Shown here: in pieces, positions 20,698-31,046 of the stretch
How positions within the stretch are numbered: position 1 is the stretch's first letter
Layout: each line of letters opens with the position of its first letter
From: Chthoniobacterales bacterium
GTDB taxonomy: Bacteria > Verrucomicrobiota > Verrucomicrobiia > Chthoniobacterales > Chthoniobacteraceae
Length of the DNA stretch: 50,015 nt
NCBI GenBank assembly: GCA_038207335.1
Contig: JBBQZX010000035.1
Location: 1-50,015, forward strand
Direction of reading: 5' to 3'
Program-made: the position numbers and the translations under genes
The notes under the pieces: generated by a model
Databases searched by the model: none
What the model was told of the DNA's origin: nothing
The model's input: only the letters and a program-made list of their open reading frames with translations

Positions 20698-23600
20698 TCC
20701 ACGGCAGGCAGGAGGACTTCGACTTTGTAAAAGCGGTGCGGCTCGGACGCTGGCGCAGAGCCGGTTAGAGACCCGTCGTCCGTCCACGTCACTTCACCGC
20801 CGGTGCCGGGGATGTCGCCGGGGATTGCGGTGAAGGGCGTGCCGAGATTGTTCGTGAATGACACGCGGTAGAACCGGTCGAGACGCGTTGGGAAATGCAG
20901 CGTCTGCGCCGTCGGAGTGCCGTTGATCGTGAGTTGTTGCACCACAAAATCCGCGGAGTTCGCCGGCGTCCGCAGGAGATATTCCGTCAAATTACTTTTG
21001 CCGTCGCCGTCGAAGTCACCGCTCGCGCCGCTCACTCCGGTCGCGTCGTTCGGATTCAGACCGTTCGCGATTTCCCACCAATCCGGCAGCCCGTCACCGT
21101 CGCTGTCGGTCGAGACGGTCGAGCCCGTTTGCAGCCCGAGCATGAAGTCCGCGCCATTCACCAGCGACAACTCGACCTGCTGCGTCTGCGCCTGATTCCG
21201 CATGTTGATTGTGTCAAAAGTCACGCCTCCATCGCGATCCACTGCCGTCGGGTTCAGCGTTGTCCCGGTGCCCGCGCGCAGAAACGCGCGCACCGAATTC
21301 GCGCCGAAATCAGTGATGCTCAACATGCCGCCCGCGTTCACGAGCGGGCCGAGACTTGCCTGACCGTTCACGAGCAAGTCGCTGAGATTTGGTGACAGCC
21401 CAAAGCGCACGTAAGCATTCGAAACATCACCGCTGAGCGCGTAGCTCGCGCGCAGCAGCGTCGAGCGCGGCAGGAGCGTGATCGTCTTCGCAATCGTTCC
21501 GCCGCTGATCAAATTCGAGCTCGTGAATTTCCATCCGACGCCACTCGCAGCAGGCGCGGCGGAGTAGAGGTCGTTCACGTAAACCGTGCGCCCTCCCGCA
21601 TACCAGTCTTTGAATCCCGACGTGCGACGCGCATTCACGGCGCTGCCGGTCAGATTCGTGTCGCCCTCCAACTCGGTTTCCGTGCTCGCGGCGCTCCACG
21701 GATTCCCGATCGCCTGCAGCACCGCGCCCGTCTCAATATCGCGCGTCCAGGCGCCGATCAGCCTCCCGCCGATCCGCTCGAAAAGCGCGAAGACGCGATC
21801 GTTGTAGAGGATGTATTCGGCCTCGCCATCGAGGTCGAAGTCCCCCTGCTCCGCGCGCGCGTCACCTACCGTCGCCGCCGTCGCCGCCCATTGCGCGACT
21901 CGCGTATAGCTCGCCGCGGTGCGCGCCTGCGCCTGCGCGTTCTTTGAAAACGCCGCGAGATTTTGCGAAGTCTCGTCGGGATTCACATACATGCCGGTGC
22001 TGAATTTCGAGAGGTCGTTTGCGGTCTGGTCGTGGAATGCCGTCTCGAACATCGCCGTGTGGACCGTCCCACGCGCCAACTTTCCGAGCGCGCCGCCGAC
22101 GCCGCTCGCCTGCGTCCACGCGCTGCTCACGATGCCCGTGCCCGCGGTCATCGTGCCGAATGCCGTCGGCAGCGGCACGCCCGTGCGGATGTTGAAACTC
22201 TTCGTCGCGAGCGCCTCCTCGCGCCCGCTCAATCCGAAATACCAGTTGTCGTAATTTTCCTCCGTAGCGTGGTCGATGAAGTCGTGCGCCACCTTCGGCA
22301 GCACGAGATTCGTCCCGCGATCCTTGAACCCGAACGACGTGTCGTTTGCGACCTGATCCGCCGTCACGATCTGCACCCACGGATGGCTCGCGAGCCACCG
22401 CAGATTCTTGTCGTATGCGTCCGCGTTCACCTTCGTCGTAAAATCCTCCCAAGCGCTGAAAAGCACGACGAGCTGATCCTGCGAGCCGCTCCGCGCCTTG
22501 CGCGCGAGCAGTTCGCGCAGTGGCAGCGCGACGCCGTTGTCGTCATTTTGAAAACGGTAACCGCTCGCCGATTCATTGATCGGGATACAATTCACACCGT
22601 TGATTTTGTTCACGCGATAGCCGTCGTCGCTGATCGCGCTGGTGCGTCCAAACCACTTCAGCACGTGCCGCATCTGGTCGATGAAAGTGAAGCCGAAGCC
22701 GAGGTCGCTCACCTTATCCAGCACACCGGAATCAAGGACACGCTCAGGTGTCCAAAAGACTTTCGACGACTCGCCGCCGTAGGTCGCGGTGAGGAACTCG
22801 TTCGCGAGCGCGACGTTGTCGGAGTTAAACGGCTTCGTCGTGTAGGCGAGAATGTGGTCGCTGAATGTGCTGCCGATGAGATCGACGATGCCCGCGTTTC
22901 GCAGTCCGCGGATGCGCGTGTTAAAGGCCGGCCCGTCGCGATACTGCCGGGGCGAAGCGGCATCGACTTTCGCCCACTGGATCGCGGAGCCGAGCGTCGG
23001 CGTGATGTGCATTGTGAGCGGTGAAGAGAACGCTTGGTGTGCGTCGAGCGCACGGGCGTAACCGGCGCCCGAGCCTGTACCTATCAGGCTTTGCACGCTG
23101 CTGCCCGGCAGGATTGCCTGGTTGCCGTGGATCAACGGGAGCACGTTCACGCGCTTGTCGCGGTCGTTCGCGGAGTTCACGCCGAAGTAACTTTGCAGCA
23201 CGCCATTCGCGGAGATGTAGGCCTGCTCCGAGTAGTAATCCTCGGCCAGCCAGTCGTCGCCGATCGTGTCGCGGATGTCGTTGCGCCCGCCGATGTCGCC
23301 GGCTCCGGGCGGGCTGTTTCCCGTGCCGTCTTTCGTCGTGAATACTTGGAAATTCAGCTCGCGCCAGTCGAGCCCGTTCCAGCCCGCGTCGATGAGCGCC
23401 TGCCGGCTGATCGAAAATTCCACCGCGTCGAGGTCGGAGTTGAAGTACGCCTTTTTGAAGCCGTTCGGCGTGTTCTGGTCGCGCGCGCCGACGCCGAAAG
23501 TCGGCGAGTTCAAATTGTCCGCGAGCGTGTTCGTGTTGTTCGCCGGCGCGCGATTCGTGTCGATGAAAACGCGCCCTTTGTTCGTCTCGTAACACGCCAC

Positions 23601-26600
23601 GACCGCCTCCCAGCGCATGTTCGTTACGATGTCCACGTCGTCCGGCAGCTTGCGCTCCCCGACGCCCGGCGAGTTCGTATCGATCGCCACGTAGATGTCC
23701 AGATTCCCCTCCTCCGCGTGCGCCTTCAGGTCCTCCAGATCGACGCGAAAGTAGAAATTTCCATCGCCTCCCGCGCCCGTGTCGCCGCCGTCGTGCGCGT
23801 AAAATGCGACGAGGTCGCGCGAGCTGTCGAAGCCGTCGTACGCGGGATAAATGTCGCCGCCCTGGTTGTTCGTGCCGTTGCCTTCGTACTCGTCGAGCGC
23901 GATTAGATCGTCCGCCGTCCAGTCGGTGAATTCGCGATAATTGGTCACGCCGCCGACCAAGATTTTTTGCGCCTCCGGCACCGGGCCGATCGTGATGGAG
24001 CCCGCGGGCGGAGGCGCGCCGGTGTTCGCCGCCTGCGGGTCGGTGCCGTTCGCAAACTCCAGCGCATTCGTGTAAGGCACCGTCTGGCCGTTGATGACGA
24101 TCGTGTCGCCGTCTGGATTTCCGTCCGCACCGTTCTTCGGATCGCCCGCGCCGCCGGTGCCCATGTTGAGCGTGCCATTGTCCATCGGATCGAGTCCGTG
24201 AGCCACTTCCCAGCCGTCCGGCAGCCCGTCACCGTCGGTATCGGGGTTCAGCGGATCGGTCTCCGTCCACTGCTCTCCCCCGTCGTAGATGCGGTTCTTG
24301 TTCGTGTCGCCGTCGATGAAACCGTTGAAGTTTTTGTCCTCGCCGTATCCGTCGGTGAGTCCGTCGCCGTCGCTGTCGTCGACATTCGGATCGGTCTCGG
24401 TCCAATGCTCGCTCGCGTCGATTTTGTGGTTCGGCCATTTACGTGTGAGCGACGGCTCGACGCCCGGCGCGAGCGACTCGCCGTCACCATCGACCCAGCC
24501 ATTGTGATTCGCGTCCTCGATGCCGTCGGGGATGCCGTCGCCGTCCGTGTCCTCGCGATTCGGATCGGTCATCGAGCCCGCCGCGAGCCGCGTCCGGTCG
24601 CCGCCCTGTGCCTGGCTGTCCACGCCCGGCACCTTGCCGAAATTGTCGAGCGTGTTGAAAAACGGCGGGTCGAGATCGGCGACTAAATTCGGGATGCCGT
24701 CGCTATTCGTATCGACGCCGGGTGCTGTGTCCGGGCTGATCGACGCGCGCCAACCGACTTCGAGCCCATCCGGCAAACCGTCCGCATCCGTGTCGGGATT
24801 CGTCGGGCTCGTCTTGCCGAAGGCGTTGTAAATCACGATGTCGCCGTTGGTCCAGGTGTCGGAGTTCGGCTTCGGATTCACCGTCCGCAGATTCGGCAGC
24901 GGCTGCGCGGTATTCTCATCGGCGTCGAGCAGCCCGTCGTCGTCGTCATCCGCGTCATTCGGATTCGACGGCACCTGCTGGCGGAAGATTACCGTCGCGT
25001 TGCGAGTCGCGTTCGCGCCGGGCGTCGAGGTCGCGGTGAAAGTGAACGACCCCTGCGTGATGTTGCTCCACAAAAAGCGCCACCGCTTTCGCGTTCCGAC
25101 CGTCGTGGGATTCGGGCTGTTCGTCGTCGGCGCGATGAGCGTGGCGGTCGCCGCGTTTCCTGCGAATGCAATCGCCACGCTCGTCGCGTCGAGGTCGGTT
25201 TCGACTTCGATTGTGTATTGCCGCTGCTCCGGCGTCGGCGCGGCCACATCGGGAAGCTCGATCACCACCCGCTTCCCGTCGCTGTCGAACTCCGCGGGAT
25301 TCACCACATTGATGAATGGCCCCACCGCCGTCGGCGCGAATTTCACCAGCCGCTGCGCGGTTAAAACGGGCACGCCGGGCTTCGTGTAAGTCACCGCGAT
25401 CGTGTGCAGAAAATTCGGCTGGCCGTTGTAAAGATCGGGCAGGTTCACGCCATTCTTCGGCACCTGCAGTTCGTGAAATTCAGACGTCACGTCGTAGTTG
25501 ATCTGGTAGTTTGCCCTGCCTTGCGCCACAGGGTTTGCGGGCGATCCCGATTCGCTGCTGGCGATCGTCACGAGGAAGCGATTGATGAGGTCCGACGTCG
25601 GCAGACCGGCCTCAGCGAGCGATTTTGAGAACCAGATTTTCAGTTTGTAATTCACGTCGATCGCGTCGCCGTCGTTGCCGGGAAATCGCGCGATCACGCG
25701 CTGCACCGGCGCGTTCGCCGTGACGGTGCGGAGCAGCGTAGTGAAGTGCCCGGCGGCATCCGTCTGACCCGCCGTCCACGCCGGACGCGCGGCGGAGGAA
25801 AGCTCGCGAAGCCGCACCTTGATCGTCGCCGCGGATGAGCCGCTCGGGATGTTCGTGTAATTGAAACGCCACTCGCGCTCGAACGCGCTCGCGATCGAAG
25901 CCGTCGGCGTGCTCGAGGTCGCGCGCACCCACGACTCTCCGATGTTCGCGTCCCACACGCCGTTGCCATTCAGGTCCTCGAACGGCTCGCCAGTATCGCG
26001 CACGCCGTTGCGATTCATGTCGGTGTAGGGCTCGAAGCCGTTGCCGTTTCCATTCGCCACGCCGGTCGCCGTGTCGTCGTTCGCGGGGTCTGCATCGTCG
26101 ATGTGAACCCACGCCTCACCCGTGCTCGGATCGGTGCGGATCACGCCGCCGTATTGCTGGCTCCCGAGCGTGTCGTTTTGCGCGGGAAATTTGATCTCAC
26201 CCTGCGGCAACTGCGCGTCGTAGTAGAACGTCTGCGTGAACGTGTTGTAGAGCGATGTCTGCCCGTCGCGCTTCAAAAACGCACGGGCGCGAATGACGTG
26301 GAATCCTTCACTGAGGCCGGTTTGCGTCTGCCCGTAGTCGTTGTGCGGATAGATGAGCTTGGTCGTTGCGTTGACATTATCGGCTCTGAAAATGGTCATC
26401 ATTTTCTTCTTCCGCTCGACCTCGGTTGCGCCGACCGGGAACACGCTCGCCTGACCCGATTTGAAGAGCGCGATTTTATACCGAAAGGTGCCGACCGGCT
26501 TTGGACTGACCGCGCCGCGCCACCAGTTGTCGGTGCCTTGATTTGGCGACTGGTAAAACATCTCCGCCGTCTTCGTCGTGCCGATGCCGACTCCCGCCGC

Positions 26601-28976
26601 GCCCTCGGGATTGCTGCCGTCGCTCGTGTAGTAAATGAACGCGCGAAAGCCCGAACCGACCCCGTTGGATTTCGCAAACAGCACGACCGACGAGCCGCTT
26701 TCGAAATACTGCGCGACCTGCCCCGGCGTGCCCGTCCAGCCGCCAAAGCCCGCGGTCGGATCGTGATACACAAACGTCGCCGCCGCGCCGTCCTGCGGGT
26801 TGCTTCCAAAGCCGTTCACCGTCGCGCTGCCGCCGATGTAGGTCTCCGCGCCCGCCGACCCGAAGATGCACCGCGCAGTATTGATCGCCGCGAATTTCTC
26901 GGGCCCGATGCGGTCGAAAAAGATCGGCTGCTCATAGCCAAGAAACGTGTCCGTGCTCACCGCCGGCGGACGGTCGCGGAAGCCGGGATCCTGATTCCCG
27001 CTGGGCCGCGTGCCGTTCAAATCCACGCCGCCATCGAGCTTCAGCAGAATGTTTTCCGCCGACCCGTCCGCCCGCGCGATGAAACTGAGAGCCGTCCCCG
27101 ACGTCACGCGCGGCACGGTGAACGCATATTTGTAATCCGTATGATCCGCATCCGGCACGCCCGGCGGATCGAATGCCGGGTCGCCGTCCGACCCATCGAC
27201 GCGTTGATACGTGAGCGTAGATGCGGGCAGGCCGCCTTGCAGGATCGTGATTCCCTTCCCGCCACCATTGCGCCACGAGTCGCTTTCCTCCGGCGTGCGC
27301 CAGCTAAAAATGAAGTATCCGCCCGCCGGCACGACGACGCTGCCGAGGTCCGAGCCGTACGTGTAAAAACCGCCACCGTACGTCGAGTAGTTGAAGAGAT
27401 ACGCGTTATCGCCGAACGCCGTGTGGCCGAAGCTCGTCGTGAAATTTCGCGCCTGCCCGCTCGAGTAGTTGTCGTTGAAAAGCGCGAGCATCGTCACCTT
27501 GTCTTCATCCGTCGCGCCACCCTCGCGGTCGTCGATCCGCTCGTACGCCACAAAGTCCGCGTCCGAGAAAATCGGCTTCTGGTATCCGCGCGCAAACTGC
27601 TGATGGATCGACAGAAGATTCGGAATCCGCGGATCGTTGAATTGCCCGAGAAATGCCGTGTTCGACTGCCGCGGGAATGCGCCGCCGGAACCGTTGAGCA
27701 CGTCTGCGTGATGATTCCCATCCGTGTAAATCAGCCCGAGCCCGGCGCGAGTGAGATACATCGCGTGCTGCAACTCGCGGCGCGACGCGTAGTCGTTGTC
27801 GTGGCTCTGCGCGTGCATGACCGTGAGCGACGGCGCAAAGCCGCCCGCGCCCGGCTGATCGTACCCGTTCAGCCCCGAACTGGGATTGCCGAGCAGGTTG
27901 TTGAGATTGTTGCGCAGATCATTGTCGATGAGCCGCATCCCCGCGTCGAAATAGCTGCCATATCCCGGCGGTTCGCCGAGGTGCTCGCCAAACATCATCG
28001 CGTCGTCGCGCGGCTTCTCGGTGTCGAAAACCGTGTCGCGATGGTTCGCATCGCTGAAGCCGCGCGTCAGATTGAACTGCCGCTGCGCCTGCCCGAGATA
28101 GCCGTAGTCGTCACTTTCCTTTCCCGCGCCGTATGTCGCGCCGAAAAAGTCCGCGCGCACATGCTTCACCGCGTCGAGCCGGAAGCCGTCCGCCTTCGTC
28201 CGATCGATCTCCCAGCGCCCCGCGCGATTCAGGAAGTCCTCGACGCGTTCCGAATAAAACGCGGCGTTGTCCTGCAGCATTTGCGTCGTGATTCCGTTCC
28301 CGGCTCCGAAGCCGACGTAAGTGCCGTCCGGCTTGTAGCAGTAATACTCCGGGTTGTTCGGCTGGCGCAAAAATTTGATCTTTTTGAAAGTCGAACCCTC
28401 GGTCGGACCGAAGTTTTCGTTCGTGTCTCCGGGCTCCTGCGCGATGTCGATGAGGTCGGCGAGCCCGAGATGCTGCACCTGCCACGCGTCGTTGTAGTTC
28501 CGCGTGTTGTCCCATTTTCGATACGTCCCATCCTGCTGCACTCGGAGGTGAAAATCTTCCGGCACAAAGCCCGGATACAAGTCGATCGGCGTATTCGCAT
28601 CGTAGCCGGGAATGTCGAACGCGTTGTGATTCGTGATGTTGTCGAAATAGATGCGGATGCCGAAGCGGTGCGCCGTCTCGACGAGCCGCAGCAGCTCGGC
28701 CTCCGTGCCGTATCGCGTGCGCACCGTGCCGCGCTGGTCCTTGCTCCCGAGGTCGAAGCGATCCCACAAATCGTAGCCGACCGAGAGCCCGCCCGAGCCC
28801 TTCGTCGGCGGCGGCAGCCAGAGCGATTCGTATCCGGCCTCCGCGAGTTCCGGCATTTTCGCAGTGATTTCCTCCCAGCTCGTATTGAAATACTGCAGCA
28901 TCGCCTCGCCCCGCGCGTGAGGGATCGCCGCGAGGCAGACGAGGAAAAAAGAGAGAATGAGAAAGCGGGCTTTCAC
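20694..28976 (-). CDS. Giant secreted alpha-glucan enzyme: GH13 alpha-amylase + Ig-like domains + DxDxDG repeats + GH57/4-alpha-glucanotransferase-like module
   Basis: 2760 aa, GTG start, signal peptide. GH13 regions LWLPP, DNITNH, GFRLDAVKH, GEHL, SHDND. GH57-like IHGNQ, MHITPTL, FWTPERV. DFDLDGEAEY...GGRL resembles the DUF1926 start. Confidence 0.88.
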   Translation of the reverse strand: MKARFLILSFFLVCLAAIPHARGEAMLQYFNTSWEEITAKMPELAEAGYESLWLPPPTKGSGGLSVGYDLWDRFDLGSKDQRGTVRTRYGTEAELLRLVETAHRFGIRIYFDNITNHNAFDIPGYDANTPIDLYPGFVPEDFHLRVQQDGTYRKWDNTRNYNDAWQVQHLGLADLIDIAQEPGDTNENFGPTEGSTFKKIKFLRQPNNPEYYCYKPDGTYVGFGAGNGITTQMLQDNAAFYSERVEDFLNRAGRWEIDRTKADGFRLDAVKHVRADFFGATYGAGKESDDYGYLGQAQRQFNLTRGFSDANHRDTVFDTEKPRDDAMMFGEHLGEPPGYGSYFDAGMRLIDNDLRNNLNNLLGNPSSGLNGYDQPGAGGFAPSLTVMHAQSHDNDYASRRELQHAMYLTRAGLGLIYTDGNHHADVLNGSGGAFPRQSNTAFLGQFNDPRIPNLLSIHQQFARGYQKPIFSDADFVAYERIDDREGGATDEDKVTMLALFNDNYSSGQARNFTTSFGHTAFGDNAYLFNYSTYGGGFYTYGSDLGSVVVPAGGYFIFSWRTPEESDSWRNGGGKGITILQGGLPASTLTYQRVDGSDGDPAFDPPGVPDADHTDYKYAFTVPRVTSGTALSFIARADGSAENILLKLDGGVDLNGTRPSGNQDPGFRDRPPAVSTDTFLGYEQPIFFDRIGPEKFAAINTARCIFGSAGAETYIGGSATVNGFGSNPQDGAAATFVYHDPTAGFGGWTGTPGQVAQYFESGSSVVLFAKSNGVGSGFRAFIYYTSDGSNPEGAAGVGIGTTKTAEMFYQSPNQGTDNWWRGAVSPKPVGTFRYKIALFKSGQASVFPVGATEVERKKKMMTIFRADNVNATTKLIYPHNDYGQTQTGLSEGFHVIRARAFLKRDGQTSLYNTFTQTFYYDAQLPQGEIKFPAQNDTLGSQQYGGVIRTDPSTGEAWVHIDDADPANDDTATGVANGNGNGFEPYTDMNRNGVRDTGEPFEDLNGNGVWDANIGESWVRATSSTPTASIASAFEREWRFNYTNIPSGSSAATIKVRLRELSSAARPAWTAGQTDAAGHFTTLLRTVTANAPVQRVIARFPGNDGDAIDVNYKLKIWFSKSLAEAGLPTSDLINRFLVTIASSESGSPANPVAQGRANYQINYDVTSEFHELQVPKNGVNLPDLYNGQPNFLHTIAVTYTKPGVPVLTAQRLVKFAPTAVGPFINVVNPAEFDSDGKRVVIELPDVAAPTPEQRQYTIEVETDLDATSVAIAFAGNAATATLIAPTTNSPNPTTVGTRKRWRFLWSNITQGSFTFTATSTPGANATRNATVIFRQQVPSNPNDADDDDDGLLDADENTAQPLPNLRTVNPKPNSDTWTNGDIVIYNAFGKTSPTNPDTDADGLPDGLEVGWRASISPDTAPGVDTNSDGIPNLVADLDPPFFNTLDNFGKVPGVDSQAQGGDRTRLAAGSMTDPNREDTDGDGIPDGIEDANHNGWVDGDGESLAPGVEPSLTRKWPNHKIDASEHWTETDPNVDDSDGDGLTDGYGEDKNFNGFIDGDTNKNRIYDGGEQWTETDPLNPDTDGDGLPDGWEVAHGLDPMDNGTLNMGTGGAGDPKNGADGNPDGDTIVINGQTVPYTNALEFANGTDPQAANTGAPPPAGSITIGPVPEAQKILVGGVTNYREFTDWTADDLIALDEYEGNGTNNQGGDIYPAYDGFDSSRDLVAFYAHDGGDTGAGGDGNFYFRVDLEDLKAHAEEGNLDIYVAIDTNSPGVGERKLPDDVDIVTNMRWEAVVACYETNKGRVFIDTNRAPANNTNTLADNLNSPTFGVGARDQNTPNGFKKAYFNSDLDAVEFSISRQALIDAGWNGLDWRELNFQVFTTKDGTGNSPPGAGDIGGRNDIRDTIGDDWLAEDYYSEQAYISANGVLQSYFGVNSANDRDKRVNVLPLIHGNQAILPGSSVQSLIGTGSGAGYARALDAHQAFSSPLTMHITPTLGSAIQWAKVDAASPRQYRDGPAFNTRIRGLRNAGIVDLIGSTFSDHILAYTTKPFNSDNVALANEFLTATYGGESSKVFWTPERVLDSGVLDKVSDLGFGFTFIDQMRHVLKWFGRTSAISDDGYRVNKINGVNCIPINESASGYRFQNDDNGVALPLRELLARKARSGSQDQLVVLFSAWEDFTTKVNADAYDKNLRWLASHPWVQIVTADQVANDTSFGFKDRGTNLVLPKVAHDFIDHATEENYDNWYFGLSGREEALATKSFNIRTGVPLPTAFGTMTAGTGIVSSAWTQASGVGGALGKLARGTVHTAMFETAFHDQTANDLSKFSTGMYVNPDETSQNLAAFSKNAQAQARTAASYTRVAQWAATAATVGDARAEQGDFDLDGEAEYILYNDRVFALFERIGGRLIGAWTRDIETGAVLQAIGNPWSAASTETELEGDTNLTGSAVNARRTSGFKDWYAGGRTVYVNDLYSAAPAASGVGWKFTSSNLISGGTIAKTITLLPRSTLLRASYALSGDVSNAYVRFGLSPNLSDLLVNGQASLGPLVNAGGMLSITDFGANSVRAFLRAGTGTTLNPTAVDRDGGVTFDTINMRNQAQTQQVELSLVNGADFMLGLQTGSTVSTDSDGDGLPDWWEIANGLNPNDATGVSGASGDFDGDGKSNLTEYLLRTPANSADFVVQQLTINGTPTAQTLHFPTRLDRFYRVSFTNNLGTPFTAIPGDIPGTGGEVTWTDDGSLTGSAPASEPHRFYKVEVLLPAVE

Positions 28977-29358
28977 GAGGGGATGCGAGCGCTGCTGGCG
29001 CGCGAAAGGTGCTCTCGAAACAGACAGGGGTCAACGACCCCAGTGTCGGGTGGAGCACTCGCCCGCTTGCGGTCCGCGGCCAGCGGCCGCACAAGGGTTC
29101 AGACTTCGGTGCATGTCCGCCGCATTCGGCCAGTGGCCGAACGGGGCCCGCGGATCGAACTGGTGGTGCTGCCGCCGGATTTCGATCGGGTTAGGAGCGC
29201 GCAGGTTGGTCGATTGCTTCTTGGCGTCGTGGTTGAGTTCCTTGTCGAGGATGCCTTAGCACACCGTGATGCAGCTGTCGCAGGACGCCGCGGCCTCGAC
29301 GACACGGGAAACGCGCTCGTGACGGAATCGCCGCGCCTCCACGATGCTCCCCAGCAAA

Positions 29359-30243
29359 TCAGGCCGCGTCGCCACTCAGGGCCAGGCGCGAAGCGCCGAG
29401 GGAGGCGCACTGCTCGGCGGTGAGTTTCGGGACGCCGATCTTCAGCGATTTCAGCGTCTCGATGAGCGCGGACGCCACGACCAACCGCGTAAACCATTTA
29501 TTGTCCGCGGGCACCACGTACCACGGCGCGGATTTCGTCGCGGTGTGCTGAATCATCTGCTCGTAGGCCTTCATGTAGGCGGGCCACAGCTGGCGCTCGC
29601 GCAGGTCGCCGGCCTCAAATTTCCAATTCTTTTTCGGATCGTCTAGCCGAGCGAGAAGCCGCTTTTTCTGCTCCTCCAGCGAGACGTGGAGGAAAAATTT
29701 CCGCACCACGACACCGTTGTTTTCGAGGTATTCCTCGTAAGCGTTGATATCGTGAAAGCGCTGCTTCCAGATGTGTTTCCCCGAGGCTTTTGCCGGAAGA
29801 TTCTGCGCCTTCAAGAACGTCGGATGCACGCGCACGACGAGCGTCTCCTCGTAATAACTGCGATTGAAAACGCCGATGCGCCCGCGCTCTGGCAGCGCTT
29901 GATTTGCGCGCCAGAGGAAGTCGTGAGCGAGTTCGCGCGTGCTCGGCGCCTTGAATGACGTGACGTGGCACCCCTGCGGATTGATGCCCGAGAGGACGTG
30001 CTTGATCGTCCCGTCTTTCCCCGCCGCATCCATCGCTTGGAAGATGAGCAGCACCGCCCATTTTCCCTGCGCGTAAAGCTTCTCCTGCAAATCGCTCGCG
30101 TCCTCGACCGCGTGCGCCAGCAACTTCTTCGCGTGGTCCTCATCCGCGTGACACGTGTCGGCGGGATCGACATCTTTCAGGTGAAATTTTTTACCGTGCG
30201 CGATGCGGTAGCGATCGGCGAGCTGAGAGGTTTTCAGTTTCAT
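29359..30243 (-). CDS. ppk2: Polyphosphate kinase 2 family, class III-like
   Basis: QEKLYAQ, QAMDAAGKDG (Walker A), FKAPS, FNRSYYEE, PWYVVPADNKWFTR. Confidence 0.93.
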   Translation of the reverse strand: MKLKTSQLADRYRIAHGKKFHLKDVDPADTCHADEDHAKKLLAHAVEDASDLQEKLYAQGKWAVLLIFQAMDAAGKDGTIKHVLSGINPQGCHVTSFKAPSTRELAHDFLWRANQALPERGRIGVFNRSYYEETLVVRVHPTFLKAQNLPAKASGKHIWKQRFHDINAYEEYLENNGVVVRKFFLHVSLEEQKKRLLARLDDPKKNWKFEAGDLRERQLWPAYMKAYEQMIQHTATKSAPWYVVPADNKWFTRLVVASALIETLKSLKIGVPKLTAEQCASLGASRLALSGDAA

Positions 30244-30413
30244 GGACGGGTGATTTTAAAAAAACGAAGCGCGCACAAAACGCGCTTCCGGCGAATGGAG
30301 CAGACAGACTTCGTGGGAATCTGCGAGCGGAAACCTTTTTGATTTCGCCTTGCGCTTTGAGTTTGGCGGCTCAAGCCTTTCAACCCACAAAACGCCCGGA
30401 GGAAAAAACCACT

Positions 30414-30584
30414 TTGCCAAAACCCAATTATCAGTTCGAACGACGAAAGAAGGATCTCGAGAAGAAAGCCAAAAAAGAAGAGAAGAAGAAACGCAAACTG
30501 GAGAAGAGCCAGAACCCGCAGACCGACAGCACAGACGATTCAGAAAACCCCGAGGAGGCTTCGCCGAGCGCGGAGACGACTTAA
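30414..30584 (+). CDS. Small lysine/glutamate-rich protein
   Basis: TTG start preceded by GGAGG (30398-30402). PKPNYQFERRKKDLEKKAKKEEKKKRK. Confidence 0.7.
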   Translation: MPKPNYQFERRKKDLEKKAKKEEKKKRKLEKSQNPQTDSTDDSENPEEASPSAETT

Positions 30585-30607
30585 GAAACCCACCAACAAA
30601 CACGCAT

Positions 30608-30889
30608 ATGCCAACCGAAAAAAAGACCACCACACGCAAACCCAACGCCGCGCTGATGAAGCCGGTGCAGCCCGACGAGAAGCTCGCAGCAATCGTTGGC
30701 TCCACGCCGATTCCCCGCGGTGAGCTCACCAAGAAGCTCTGGGACTACATCAAGAAGAACAAACTTCAGGACGAGAAAAAGAGGACCATGATCAACGCGG
30801 ACGACGCGCTGAAAGCGGTGTTCGACGGGAAGAAGCAGGTTACGATGTTCGAGATGACGAAGCTCGTCTCGAATCACATCAAGAAGTAA
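30608..30889 (+). CDS. Stand-alone SWIB/MDM2-domain protein
   Basis: RKPNAALMKPVQPDEKLAAIVG...RGELTKKLWDYIKKNKLQD...INADD.LK.VF.GK.QVTMFEMTKLVSNH. Confidence 0.93.
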   Translation: MPTEKKTTTRKPNAALMKPVQPDEKLAAIVGSTPIPRGELTKKLWDYIKKNKLQDEKKRTMINADDALKAVFDGKKQVTMFEMTKLVSNHIKK

Positions 30890-30937
30890 GCGGCAGCGAT
30901 GCCGCCGCCTGCGTCGCGAGACGCCCGGGCGAGAATG

Positions 30938-30966
30938 AGCCGCAGGCAGGTGCCTGCGGCTTTTTC
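30938..30966 (+). terminator. Rho-independent terminator
   Basis: AGCCGCAGGCA-GG-TGCCTGCGGCT followed by TTTT, downstream of the SWIB gene. Confidence 0.8.
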
Positions 30967-31046
30967 GTGGGCGGATATTGGAACTCACTCTTCCCCGACC
31001 CCGAGACGAGCATCCTGAGGTGTCCGCCTGAGCGCGCAAGGTCCCG

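Noticed and set aside
24030..24960. Repetitive GTCGCCGTC-like DNA as a possible CRISPR or tandem array
   Set aside because: Explained by coding DxDxDG repeats; no fixed repeat-spacer period and no cas genes.
26103..29423. 1106-aa + strand ORF
   Set aside because: Antisense shadow of the amylase; Arg/Val-rich and without recognisable domains.
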